A stretch of DNA of 64,000 nucleotides from the NCBI GenBank assembly GCA_963769935.1, contig CAVYNY010000010.1, positions 128,001 through 192,000 on the forward strand. Direction: 5' to 3'. A program made the position numbers and the translations under genes. Source of the stretch: an uncultured delta proteobacterium (GTDB lineage: Bacteria > Desulfobacterota > Desulfobacteria > Desulfobacterales > JAFDCJ01). The notes below the pieces were generated by a model that ran no database searches, was not told the DNA's origin, and saw only the letters and a program-made list of their open reading frames with translations. This document shows positions 30,265 through 39,292 of the stretch, piece by piece; within the stretch, counting starts at the first letter, position 1, and every line of letters starts with the position of its first letter.

Positions 30265-33200
30265 ATGATGAATGGCAACCAATCCAATAATGGCGGACTG
30301 AGCTGTCCCTCATGCCGGCACAGGAACCCCGGGGAAGCCAAATTCTGTCAGCAGTGCGGACGGCAACTCCAGCGCATCTGCGCCGGCTGCCAAACTGAAA
30401 TTTCACCGGATGCCAAGTTCTGCCACCGCTGCGGCCGCCCGACCGGCAATGCCGTCGGTCGCAGCCCGGCAAACCGTGCCTATACACCCCAGTATCTGGC
30501 CGACAAGATCCTGACCTCCCGCAGCGCGTTGGAGGGTGAACGCAAACAGGTAACCGTTCTTTTTGCGGATATCAAGGGATCCATGCAGTTGGCCGAGCAG
30601 GTCGATCCCGAAGACTGGCACGGCATTCTGGATGAATTCTTCCAAATACTGGCGGCCGGCATTCATCGTTTTGAAGGCACGATCAACCAGTACACCGGTG
30701 ACGGCATCATGGCTCTTTTCGGCGCGCCCATCGCTCACGAAGATCATGCTTTGCGCGCCTGTTATGCCGCCCTTTATTTGCAAAGGATGCTGCGAAATCA
30801 TGCCGATCAGCTGCGGGTAAAGCGGGGGCTTAATTTCGGCGTGCGCATGGGGTTAAACTCCGGAGAAGTCGTGGTAGGCAGAATCGGAGACGATCTGCGT
30901 ATGGACTATACCGCCCAGGGCCAGACAGTTGGGTTGGCGGCCCGCATGGAGCAGCTCGCCGAGTCCGGTTGCGTCTATGTTACCGAGCACACTAAGACAC
31001 TCATCGAGGGCTTCTTCAAATTACGTGATCTTGGAATGTCTTCCATCAAGGGCGTGACGCAACCGGTGCGAATATATGCACTGGAAGGAATCCGAGAAGA
31101 TCGAACTCGCCTGGATATCTCCCAGGAGCGGGGTTTTTCCCGCTTTATCGGACGCGGCAATGAAATGGCCGTTCTTCAATCCGCTTATCTGCGCGCCTTA
31201 AATAACAAGGGCAACGTGGTCGGCATCGTCGGTGAGCCGGGTGTCGGTAAAAGCCGGCTGTGCTATGAATTTCTAGAACTCAACCGCAAATCGGATGTTA
31301 CCATTTGTGAAACGAGTTGCGCCTCTCACATTAAAACCGTCCCTTTACTGCCCGTCTTGCAGCTGCTGCGAAGCTTCTTTGGCATCAACTCCCAGGAGCG
31401 TGAAGAGGACGCCCGTAAAAAAATTGCCGGCACATTGATTTTGCTGGACGACGCCTTTAAAGATACGCTGTCGCTCTGGTTTGACTTCCTGGCGGTCGCC
31501 GATCGTAAACAGCCGGCAATCAGGGTAAATGGGGAAGAACGCCAACGGAAACTATTCGCCCTGATCCAGCGTCTGATCCAGACGATGTCCAAACGGGAGC
31601 CTCTGATTATTCTGGTTGAAGATCTTCACTGGATCGACCCCTCAAGCGATTCCTTCGTTGCCCGTCTGGTTGACGCCGTAACCGATACCAGAACTTTGCT
31701 GCTGCTGAACTTCCGCCCCGAGTATCGCCGGGAATGGATGAACCGATCCATTTACCGGCGTCTTCCAATTCCGGCCCTTGACACTGCGGCCTCCAAGGCG
31801 ATGTTGGAAGACCTCCTCGGCAGCGATCCGTCGCTGAAAAATCTGACACCCAGACTCGCTTCACGTGCGCTCGGCAACCCCTACTTCATCGAGGAGCTGG
31901 TTCGGTCGCTGGTGGAAGCCGGCAATCTTGCCGGCCGGCGCAGTGCTTATCGTCTGGTGAAACCCTTAAAATCTCAAACGCTGCCCCGTACGGTTCAGGC
32001 CGTTCTGACGGCGCGCATCGACCGCTTAGGAGAAGCGGCCAAACAGGTTCTTCAAACGGCCTCGGTCATCGGCCAGGAGTTTGAAGCCGTGATCCTGCGC
32101 CAGGTGGTGGATTTATCCGGAACAGAGCTGGACGCTTGCCAACATGCGCTGCAGGAGGTTGAATTCTTTTATCAGAAGGTTTTTTATCCGGAGCCGATTT
32201 ATGCTTTCAAACACCCCATTGTGAGGGAAGTCGCCTATCATTCGCTGCTCACCAAAGCACGCGCCAGGCTCCACCGCCGCATAGTTCGGGCCATTGAAAT
32301 CACTTATCCGGACCGCCAGGATGAACTTGCCGGGCTGGTGGCATACCACTGGGAAAAGGCGGGTAAACCACTCAAGGCCGCTCGCCGGCATCGGCGCGCT
32401 GCGCATGCATCCGGTTTTGCCGAGGTTCAGCGGACATTCTTCCATTGGAGCCAAGCCCTAAGGCTGACTCAACTGGCGCCGGCCGTTGAGGAAGCGCAGC
32501 GATTGCAGCTGGAGGCCTGCTGCGGAGCCCTTGACATCGGCGGCCGGGTCGATATTTCTCCCAAGCAAGTCCGGGAAATCTTTGAGGAAGGCCGTAAGCT
32601 GGCCGAAAGATTTGGTGATCCCCGCTCTCTTTTGCGCCTGCATGAAGACCTGGCCGCGCGACTCGGGTGGTCGGGCGACCTCGCAGGTCAGAGACGATAT
32701 CTCAAGGAGGCCACGATTATCGCTGAATCGGTTCCTGACCCTGAAATTAAACTGGGTCTTCTGCAACGCCGTTATGTTGCGGAGTTCCACCAGGGCGATT
32801 TAAGGTCGGCCTTGAGCATGACGGAGGAAGGCATCGCCGGCTGTGAAGCCGCAGCGTCCGCCCTGCCGAATCCGGTTTTCAGTCGTCTTTTGCGCTCTTT
32901 TCTGCTCGCACGAGCAAATGTCCTATCAATGACGGGCGAACTTGAGCAGGCCGGAGCACTCATAGATCAAGCGGCGCATCTCATGCCGCCGGCCGACAAA
33001 TCTAAACCGGACTCACGCACAACCCATACCGAAGCGCTGATTCGCGCCAACCTCTCGATCTATATCGGTGATATCGATGCCTGCTTGCGTGATGGGCGCG
33101 TTTTCGTAGAACTTGCAGAACGCTCAGGCTCTACCTGGGCCATTGCCGTTTCGGCTTCAACCCTCGGAAGAGCGCACCTGGTGGGGCAGCATTGGCCGCA

Positions 33201-33669
33201 AGCCCGGGAGTCACTCGAATACGCGCTGGCGCAGGCCCGGCAGCACAAGCTCGGACTGGAGGCGGAAGCCTCCTATCTGGCCTTTTTAGCCGAGGCTCTG
33301 GCGGGCTGCGGTGAGCTGGAGCAGGCGCTTGAAACCGCCGAGGAGGCGATCGCCGTGGCTCGCCGCAAGGGAACCCGATTCTGGGAGCTCCAGGCCCAAA
33401 CAGCTTTGGCAACCGTTCTTTTGCGCCGGTATCGAGCGGAGGATCGGAATCGCATTGCAGAAACCCTGGATCTGGCCGACGAACTGATTGAAAAAACCGG
33501 AGGGAAGGTAATGAGGCCGTTGATAGCCCTGCGGCGTGCTGAATTATCTGAACTGACGGGTGATAAAGCCGGCTATCTGCAATTGATTCAAAAGGCTTTC
33601 GACCTGTGCACTTCCATGGCCGCCCACGGATACGCCCAACGGCTGGCGGCCAAACTCAGAGCAGTTTGA
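30265..33669 (+). CDS. Double zinc ribbon + class III nucleotide cyclase + STAND/AAA ATPase + TPR protein (start uncertain)
   Basis: Four CxxC pairs; VLFADIKGS, GDGIMALFG; GEPGVGKS, VEDLHWID, GNPYF; helical C-terminus. Confidence 0.9.
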   Translation: MMNGNQSNNGGLSCPSCRHRNPGEAKFCQQCGRQLQRICAGCQTEISPDAKFCHRCGRPTGNAVGRSPANRAYTPQYLADKILTSRSALEGERKQVTVLFADIKGSMQLAEQVDPEDWHGILDEFFQILAAGIHRFEGTINQYTGDGIMALFGAPIAHEDHALRACYAALYLQRMLRNHADQLRVKRGLNFGVRMGLNSGEVVVGRIGDDLRMDYTAQGQTVGLAARMEQLAESGCVYVTEHTKTLIEGFFKLRDLGMSSIKGVTQPVRIYALEGIREDRTRLDISQERGFSRFIGRGNEMAVLQSAYLRALNNKGNVVGIVGEPGVGKSRLCYEFLELNRKSDVTICETSCASHIKTVPLLPVLQLLRSFFGINSQEREEDARKKIAGTLILLDDAFKDTLSLWFDFLAVADRKQPAIRVNGEERQRKLFALIQRLIQTMSKREPLIILVEDLHWIDPSSDSFVARLVDAVTDTRTLLLLNFRPEYRREWMNRSIYRRLPIPALDTAASKAMLEDLLGSDPSLKNLTPRLASRALGNPYFIEELVRSLVEAGNLAGRRSAYRLVKPLKSQTLPRTVQAVLTARIDRLGEAAKQVLQTASVIGQEFEAVILRQVVDLSGTELDACQHALQEVEFFYQKVFYPEPIYAFKHPIVREVAYHSLLTKARARLHRRIVRAIEITYPDRQDELAGLVAYHWEKAGKPLKAARRHRRAAHASGFAEVQRTFFHWSQALRLTQLAPAVEEAQRLQLEACCGALDIGGRVDISPKQVREIFEEGRKLAERFGDPRSLLRLHEDLAARLGWSGDLAGQRRYLKEATIIAESVPDPEIKLGLLQRRYVAEFHQGDLRSALSMTEEGIAGCEAAASALPNPVFSRLLRSFLLARANVLSMTGELEQAGALIDQAAHLMPPADKSKPDSRTTHTEALIRANLSIYIGDIDACLRDGRVFVELAERSGSTWAIAVSASTLGRAHLVGQHWPQARESLEYALAQARQHKLGLEAEASYLAFLAEALAGCGELEQALETAEEAIAVARRKGTRFWELQAQTALATVLLRRYRAEDRNRIAETLDLADELIEKTGGKVMRPLIALRRAELSELTGDKAGYLQLIQKAFDLCTSMAAHGYAQRLAAKLRAV

Positions 33670-33677
33670 ACCCCGAG

Positions 33678-34424
33678 CTAAGTTTCCTGATCAACAAAGA
33701 TATCCACACTCAGGACAGCCTCGCCCTTTTCAAAGTCAGCATCCAAATGATACCGCAAATACTTAACTTTAATTCTGAGAATCTTTTCATTGGTATCGTC
33801 AAAATTAATTTCGATGGTCGTTCCTATAGCAATGGCGGCATTGTTTCTAAGCTGATAATCGTAGACGAGCTTGTGTTCATCGGCTGAGTTTGAATTAGGC
33901 GGACCGAGGAGAGCGGCTATCTCTGATCTATCAGGCAACAAGGTTCGATCTAATGTCCGGATGTCAATTTTAATCTGCCGTTTGACCAGACTCTTTTCCG
34001 ACTTGCAGACCGACTGCATAATCTGAGTCAGCAATTTTCCGGTGAGGATATGCGTCAGGTTTTTGCTTAGATACCCCTCTTTCAAGCGATACTCCCCATC
34101 GAGGCGGACAAATCGCAATTCGATTGGCAGATCGTATTGCCCATCGGGTTTGGCCCATTTCCTTTCAGCATAGTAAGTCATGACGAGCTCATCACCGACG
34201 AACTTTTGTTCGGATGGCTCCGCACCGGCCAGCCAGGTAATATCTTCATCCAGCATGACCGGTTCCCGCAGGACGACACGAAATCCTTCCGATAATTCAA
34301 TCTGAAAATTCTTGTCAAAGTCACACAGCTGGTTTTTGACCCTGAATATTCTTTCGAGGATACACCCGTTAAGGATTAAGACTGCCGATAGCAATAAAGC
34401 AAATGTTTTAGGCCGGTAAAACAT
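33678..34424 (-). CDS. Hypothetical lipoprotein
   Basis: LNGC lipobox; EIAALLGPP (SmpA/BamE-like) segment. Confidence 0.7.
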   Translation of the reverse strand: MFYRPKTFALLLSAVLILNGCILERIFRVKNQLCDFDKNFQIELSEGFRVVLREPVMLDEDITWLAGAEPSEQKFVGDELVMTYYAERKWAKPDGQYDLPIELRFVRLDGEYRLKEGYLSKNLTHILTGKLLTQIMQSVCKSEKSLVKRQIKIDIRTLDRTLLPDRSEIAALLGPPNSNSADEHKLVYDYQLRNNAAIAIGTTIEINFDDTNEKILRIKVKYLRYHLDADFEKGEAVLSVDIFVDQET

Positions 34425-34536
34425 GATGAAAAACCTCAAAGACCGCAAATGAAATTATAAGCCCCGCTGGCCTTTGGAGTCAACCTATTGCCGGCAATCG
34501 AAAATGCCTGAAGATTGATCGAGTATTTTCGAAGTG

Positions 34537-34570
34537 AAAAATACAAAGAGGGCACCATCCGGTGCCCCCT
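34537..34570 (-). terminator. Intrinsic terminator of the Gly/Gln-rich gene
   Basis: Minus strand AGGGGGCACC-GGAT-GGTGCCCTCT followed by TTGTATTTTT. Confidence 0.75.
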
Positions 34571-34598
34571 GTTTTCTCCTATGACCTGTTAACCGGTT

Positions 34599-35276
34599 TT
34601 AGTATTGTCCGACGCCGGCGCCGTTTTCACCCTGGCTGTACGCATTGGCCTCATGGACCATGGATTGGACCTGGGCCTGAGACTGGGTTTTCGCCTGGGT
34701 GTGCAGCTGGGTCTGGATTTGAGATTGGGTATGGCTGTTGACCTGAGTTTGGTTCTGGGTCTGAGACTGAGTCATAGACTGGGACTGCATCTGGGACTGG
34801 GTTTGAATGTGAGCCTGGGCTTGCTCCTGAGTATGTGACTGTGTTCCGGTGGTCGAACCGACGCCGTGGCCGTTTACACCCTGGCTGCCGTTGCCTCCGC
34901 CACTGCCGGAACCCGCGCCTCCGCCACTACCGGTACCGCCTGGGCCGGGGCCGCTGCCGGGTCCACCACCAACTCCTCCACCCGCGCCGCTGCCGCCACC
35001 GTCGCCGCCTGCTCCATTGCCTGAACCCCCGCCACCCGGGGCCCCAGCGCCCGCACCGCCGCCGGCACCGCCTCCACCGCCGGGACCCCCTCCAGGCCCC
35101 TTGGCGAGGAACATGCCGCCCTCAAACTGGGCCGAAGCAATGTCGGCAGCCACCGACGGTTGAGTGCCGCTGCCGTTCGTCCGAAACAGGTTCGACGGAA
35201 CTGCACTCCAGGCCGGAAACGTAATGAACAACAGCCCTGAAACACACACGAATTTTTTTAACATTTGTCTCTTCAT
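34599..35276 (-). CDS. Secreted low-complexity protein (Gly-rich block followed by a Gln-alternating block)
   Basis: AGGAGG SD, signal peptide ending AWS-A, own promoter motif and terminator. Confidence 0.8.
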   Translation of the reverse strand: MKRQMLKKFVCVSGLLFITFPAWSAVPSNLFRTNGSGTQPSVAADIASAQFEGGMFLAKGPGGGPGGGGGAGGGAGAGAPGGGGSGNGAGGDGGGSGAGGGVGGGPGSGPGPGGTGSGGGAGSGSGGGNGSQGVNGHGVGSTTGTQSHTQEQAQAHIQTQSQMQSQSMTQSQTQNQTQVNSHTQSQIQTQLHTQAKTQSQAQVQSMVHEANAYSQGENGAGVGQY

Positions 35277-35395
35277 ACATCCTCCTGTATCTGATTTTAA
35301 TTGGTTTCCATCCGATGCTCAACGAATGGCCGAGATTCTGCCTGCAATAACCTGCACCTCTGCACCCGGGCGCGACTCCCAGCACGGTTTGACAA

Positions 35396-35428
35396 TTAAA
35401 CGGATAAGCGGCCAGAAGGTTACAAATT
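35396..35428 (-). promoter_or_regulatory. ECF-type promoter, copy 1
   Basis: AATTTGTAACCTT-N13-CGTTTAA, same boxes and spacing as the copy at 38078. Confidence 0.75.
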
Positions 35429-35576
35429 TTTTAACATTATTTTTAGAAATGCTAAAAATATGGGGAAAAAGAGAAGGAGTTGTCTGATTAAAAATTCAAT
35501 TGAGTCAACAATCAAGAATTATTGCATTATTATATACATAAATTGGGCCACCCAGCTTAGTGGCCAGAATTTATTC

Positions 35577-36551
35577 TTATTTGTTACCACCGCCGCCGCC
35601 GCCGGGACCGCCACCACCACCGGGACCACCGGAACCGCTGCCACCGGAACCACCGCCGCTGCCACCTCCAGAGCCACCGCTTCCTCCACTGCCTCCACCG
35701 GCACCCATCCCGCCCGGACCCGAGGCGCCGGCATTCCCGCCGGAGCTCCCGGAGGAACCTGCCTGTAACCCTCTGCCTTCATGGATGGCAGCGGTGAAGC
35801 CGCGGGCCAGGTTCTGAGGCTCGGACTGCCGCGCCTGGGTAACAAACGAGTTGTGCAGGGCCTGCATGTCTTCATGGTTGAAGCCTTTGGCCAGGGCTGT
35901 GGTGACCATGCCTGTGACGGCCTGGGATGAGACGCCCAGGCGCGAGGCGTCCCTCGCGGTCTGATAACACGCGAGCGCCAGACTGTAGGCCTGGTCGGAG
36001 TTCATGGAGCCTGCACGCTGCTGAACCATTTCCGTGATCTTGTCGGCGTCATCTCTGGACAGACCGGCTGCCAGGCCGGCGGCCAGCGTGCGACCAAGGT
36101 TTTGCGCACGGCTTTTCTGACTGGTAAGCTGCGCCGCACGCTGAAAGGCGAACGAATCTCGAGACTCGACCGTTTGCATGGCGCTGACGATCAGGGGCGT
36201 AGGCACGTTTTTGGCCATGCCTTCGAAGGCCTTGTTAATCAGCGGCTCTACGGGTATACCGCTGTTATGGGCCTCGATCATCAGTGTGTGGGCCATTTGG
36301 ATCTGGCGTTCGTCAAAGTTGTGCTGCAGCATGGCATGGGTGAGCTTGACCACGCTCGCCGCTTCCAAACCGCTTTTAACCGCCTGCCGGGTGCTGGCCT
36401 TGACCGCCGCGGGCGTATTTGCCGGCAAACTGTCGTCTATCGCATCTGCCAGGGCAGCACCCGCAAACAGCAGCACCAGAATCATCGAACCCAGCGCAAC
36501 CAACCCAACGGTCCGGTATCTAATTTTTAATTTTGGTATCAAATCTTTCAT
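35577..36551 (-). CDS. Exported helical protein with Gly/Ser-rich C-terminal tail
   Basis: Signal peptide ending ALA-D; Ala-rich helical body (GIPVEPLINKAFEGMAK); ~60-aa Gly tail; likely start MKDLIPK at 36551. Confidence 0.8.
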   Translation of the reverse strand: MKDLIPKLKIRYRTVGLVALGSMILVLLFAGAALADAIDDSLPANTPAAVKASTRQAVKSGLEAASVVKLTHAMLQHNFDERQIQMAHTLMIEAHNSGIPVEPLINKAFEGMAKNVPTPLIVSAMQTVESRDSFAFQRAAQLTSQKSRAQNLGRTLAAGLAAGLSRDDADKITEMVQQRAGSMNSDQAYSLALACYQTARDASRLGVSSQAVTGMVTTALAKGFNHEDMQALHNSFVTQARQSEPQNLARGFTAAIHEGRGLQAGSSGSSGGNAGASGPGGMGAGGGSGGSGGSGGGSGGGSGGSGSGGPGGGGGPGGGGGGNK

Positions 36552-36588
36552 TGCTGAAAGTTCCTTTAAACCTAAAAATTTTAAAATA

Positions 36589-36695
36589 GGACACGGATTT
36601 ATACGGAGCTTCATAAATTTTTAACAAATTTTTGGTTTTTCTAAAATGTTGTCGAAGACAATAAATATCCGTGTCATCTGCTTTCATCCGTGTCC
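36589..36695. repeat. Inverted-repeat-bounded intergenic element (GGACACGGAT / ATCCGTGTCC)
   Basis: 10-bp perfect inverted repeat; related left ends near 49991 and 60286. Confidence 0.55.
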
Positions 36696-36716
36696 CCCTT
36701 AAAATTCAGACATTTA

Positions 36717-37043
36717 CTATTCCGGAACATACACACAGTTGCGAGAGCCAAAATCATCCTTTTCGGAAAACTTACAATCGGGCACATACACTGCCCCGTC
36801 CACGATGTAAAAATACCGGAATTCAGAACCGGCCGTCACGCTGACCACCCAGCGTGAGTCGTCTGCTTTGCCGGCCAGGTGCGGGCTGTAAGCATCCAGC
36901 GAGGAAGCGAACGCCACCCCCTGTGCCCCGGGCGCCCTGAGATAGAAGGTCACCCGGTCTGACTGCCGTTCGTAATAATGGGTTGCGGCGCACCCTTCAA
37001 GACCAAAGGCGGCAACCGTCAAAAGCAGAAACAGAATTTTCAC
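36717..37043 (-). CDS. Lipoprotein with AMPK-beta/CBM48-like (glycogen-binding type) domain
   Basis: LEGC lipobox; VTFYLRAPGA...RYFYIVDG...EKDDFGSRN; GTG start overlapping the upstream TGA. Confidence 0.8.
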   Translation of the reverse strand: MKILFLLLTVAAFGLEGCAATHYYERQSDRVTFYLRAPGAQGVAFASSLDAYSPHLAGKADDSRWVVSVTAGSEFRYFYIVDGAVYVPDCKFSEKDDFGSRNCVYVPE

Positions 37044-37597
37044 GTTCTCATGTTCACGGCCAGAATTGAGTTCTCGCCGCCGAAATCATCCTTTTCGCGA
37101 ATAGGTATGGTCGGGTCGGGGATCCGTTTATGTCCATCGATGATGTAGCAAAGCCGGTGCTCGCCGGGCGGTACGTCGAGAACCGTCTCCCAGTAACCGC
37201 TGCCGGTTCTTTGCATGGGTACAGCTTTCCAGCCAAGAAAGCTGCCGGTGATTTCCACCTCCTTCACATGCGGTTGATACAGGACAAAGCGGTACTTCGT
37301 CGGCACGGGCAGTTCCCGCTGTGGCGTTGCGAAAAACATAACCAGCAGGGCGGCCGCCAACCCGGCGGCAAACATGCCGGCCGGGCGCCACAGCGCGATC
37401 GAAAACCGGCGTTTTTCACGAAACACGACAGCCGGCACACGGTCGACCACTTCGCCGCGCACCCGCTTTTCCTGGTGCAGCAGATCCACGGCCTCGTCTT
37501 TAAAATGCGCATGGACATGTACGGTTTCGACAAACTCGATCTTCTCGTCCAGGTCCAGCTCGTCGTCGATATAGCTGCTTATCAGATAATCCCTCAT
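37040..37597 (-). CDS. Putative anti-sigma factor: N-terminal ASD-like domain, one TM helix, C-terminal CBM48-like domain
   Basis: LISSYIDDELD start; TM AAGLAAALLVMFF; VEITGSFLGW...W...PPGEH...IIDG...PDP...DDFGGENS; ATGA overlap with the sigma gene. Confidence 0.85.
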   Translation of the reverse strand: MRDYLISSYIDDELDLDEKIEFVETVHVHAHFKDEAVDLLHQEKRVRGEVVDRVPAVVFREKRRFSIALWRPAGMFAAGLAAALLVMFFATPQRELPVPTKYRFVLYQPHVKEVEITGSFLGWKAVPMQRTGSGYWETVLDVPPGEHRLCYIIDGHKRIPDPTIPIREKDDFGGENSILAVNMRT

Positions 37598-38061
37598 TTT
37601 TCACCTGTATTCATCATTTTTCTCAGTTTCACCCGGGCGCGGTGAACCCGGACCTTGACATTGCTCTCGCTCGTATTGGTTATCCGGGCGATTTCCCGGT
37701 AGGAAAGATCCCGACTGACCACCAGCGAAAGAACCTCCCGCTCTTCCGGCTCCAGTTCCTGCAGGGCCGCCAGCACCCGCCGGTAGTCTTCGCGCACCAT
37801 CAGGTGCGCTTCCGGGTTGGGCTGGGAATGTTCCGGCTCGTCATAAAGTTGGCTATCACGCCCCTGTTTGCGATGCCCGTCGACCACGGCATTACGGGCG
37901 ATGGCATACAACAAGGCCGGGTTTTGACCCTTTTCACCGTATTTTTCCAGATACCGCGTAAAGCTCTCCTGCAGGATGTCGCTCGAAAGGTGGTAATCCC
38001 CGGTGCTCCTCATCAGGTATGCAAAAAGCCGGTCCCGGTGCTTTCTATAAAATTCCCTCAA
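37594..38061 (-). CDS. ECF RNA polymerase sigma factor (start uncertain, TTG)
   Basis: Region 2 (DILQESF, LYAIARNAVVD) and region 4 (LSYREIA, VKVRVHRAR) only; 155 aa. Confidence 0.92.
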   Translation of the reverse strand: MREFYRKHRDRLFAYLMRSTGDYHLSSDILQESFTRYLEKYGEKGQNPALLYAIARNAVVDGHRKQGRDSQLYDEPEHSQPNPEAHLMVREDYRRVLAALQELEPEEREVLSLVVSRDLSYREIARITNTSESNVKVRVHRARVKLRKMMNTGEK

Positions 38062-38077
38062 ATTCGCACTCTTCTAT

Positions 38078-38110
38078 TTAAACGAACTACGGGTTAAAAG
38101 GTTACAAATT
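38078..38110 (-). promoter_or_regulatory. ECF-type promoter, copy 2 (probably autoregulatory)
   Basis: AATTTGTAACCTT-N13-CGTTTAA immediately upstream of the sigma gene. Confidence 0.75.
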
Positions 38111-38116
38111 CGATCT

Positions 38117-38302
38117 TTATTTATACACCCGCTGATAAATTTCACACTCTCTAAAATTCCGCAGGCAGTATTTGACGGCATAGGGTATTTTCATGCTGGT
38201 CATGTCGATGCAGTAACAGTTCGGTAGGGGATCATCGAGGATCGGGCACATCTTACCTGCATTGTCAAAACTGTCGAAGGTCTGTCGTGTTAAAACGGCC
38301 AT
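38117..38302 (-). CDS. Small Cys-rich protein (61 aa)
   Basis: GGAGG SD; CP-x8-CYC-x14-C-x6-C pattern. Confidence 0.6.
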   Translation of the reverse strand: MAVLTRQTFDSFDNAGKMCPILDDPLPNCYCIDMTSMKIPYAVKYCLRNFRECEIYQRVYK

Positions 38303-38444
38303 GACAAAATGCCCCTCCGGTGCAGAAACCAAAAAGTTACGCCTCTGTATCTAAGCTGCTGCATTCGTAAGGCGGGGAAAGCAGAGCCCGAAATTGCACT
38401 CAAAAGCTATAACGTGGAAAGATGCCTGAGGTTACAATTGAGGT

Positions 38445-39224
38445 TCAGCCGGAAATCACATAAACATAAACCTCCCGCGGACCGTGGGCGCCGTGCACCA
38501 TGGTGGCTTCGACATCAGCGGTTTTGCTGGGCCCGGAGATAAAGGTCATGCAGTTGGTCAGGCCCTCTTTTTGAAAAGCCGGGTCCCAATTTAACAACGC
38601 ATATAGCTCTTTGAGGTCGGCGATGATCTGATCAGGTGTGATGACGGCGACGTGAATGGAGGGAACGAGGGACACCGACCGGGCCTGCCCGGGCCGGGTT
38701 CGCATAACCAGAGTGGCGGTCTCGGCCATGCAGAAATCAGCAGAAGTAATTCCGATGAAAGAATCGATGACGTTTTTTCGAATTCGCTCTCTTGCCTGGG
38801 TCGCAGAAGCTGCGTCTGCCACGGCGTCTTCAAATGCGGCGATGTGCAGCGGCGCATTCTGACCCGCCAGCGCATCCGCCAGATTCAGGCTCTCAAGCAA
38901 GGGATGCTGCCACATGACAACCTGTTTTTGATTACCGAACTCCGGGTCCTTTTCTCGAACCAGATCGGCAATGGCGGCGGTGACGGCTGCCCGGTCTTTT
39001 AAAACCGTGACCTTGAGGTTGATGGGCGCAGCCATTTCCATCAGCCGGTCGATCAACTGCTGCCTGTCCGCCGCCGAGCGGTGCTTGATTCGATCGAGGA
39101 TGACAGCAGTTTCATCGGTAAACTGACTGGTGCAAAGATCTTTGGCAGCCCGCCGCTCATCGGGAACATGCCCAAGCGCGGACCGAATCCGGCCGATAAA
39201 TGCTTGCTGTCCTGAATTGTCCAT
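38445..39224 (-). CDS. lutC: LUD-domain lactate utilization protein C
   Basis: AETATL, SLVPSIH, FISGPSKTADVE, GAHGP. Confidence 0.9.
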   Translation of the reverse strand: MDNSGQQAFIGRIRSALGHVPDERRAAKDLCTSQFTDETAVILDRIKHRSAADRQQLIDRLMEMAAPINLKVTVLKDRAAVTAAIADLVREKDPEFGNQKQVVMWQHPLLESLNLADALAGQNAPLHIAAFEDAVADAASATQARERIRKNVIDSFIGITSADFCMAETATLVMRTRPGQARSVSLVPSIHVAVITPDQIIADLKELYALLNWDPAFQKEGLTNCMTFISGPSKTADVEATMVHGAHGPREVYVYVISG

Positions 39225-39292
39225 TTAATTACTCCGCCCCGTAAAATAAACGAATAACTCTCAATTGAGCCTTATTTCCAGCTCAATTGGGC

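Noticed and set aside
34835..35875. Pro-rich and Ala/Thr-rich ORFs (34849, 34874, 35460, 35519, 35560)
   Set aside because: Antisense or alternative-frame shadows of Gly-rich codons in the minus-strand genes, which have SD, signal peptides and promoter
38310..38345. Possible fourth ECF promoter (CGTAACTTT-N13-CGGAGG) before the Cys-rich gene
   Set aside because: Both boxes deviate and the -10 candidate coincides with the SD
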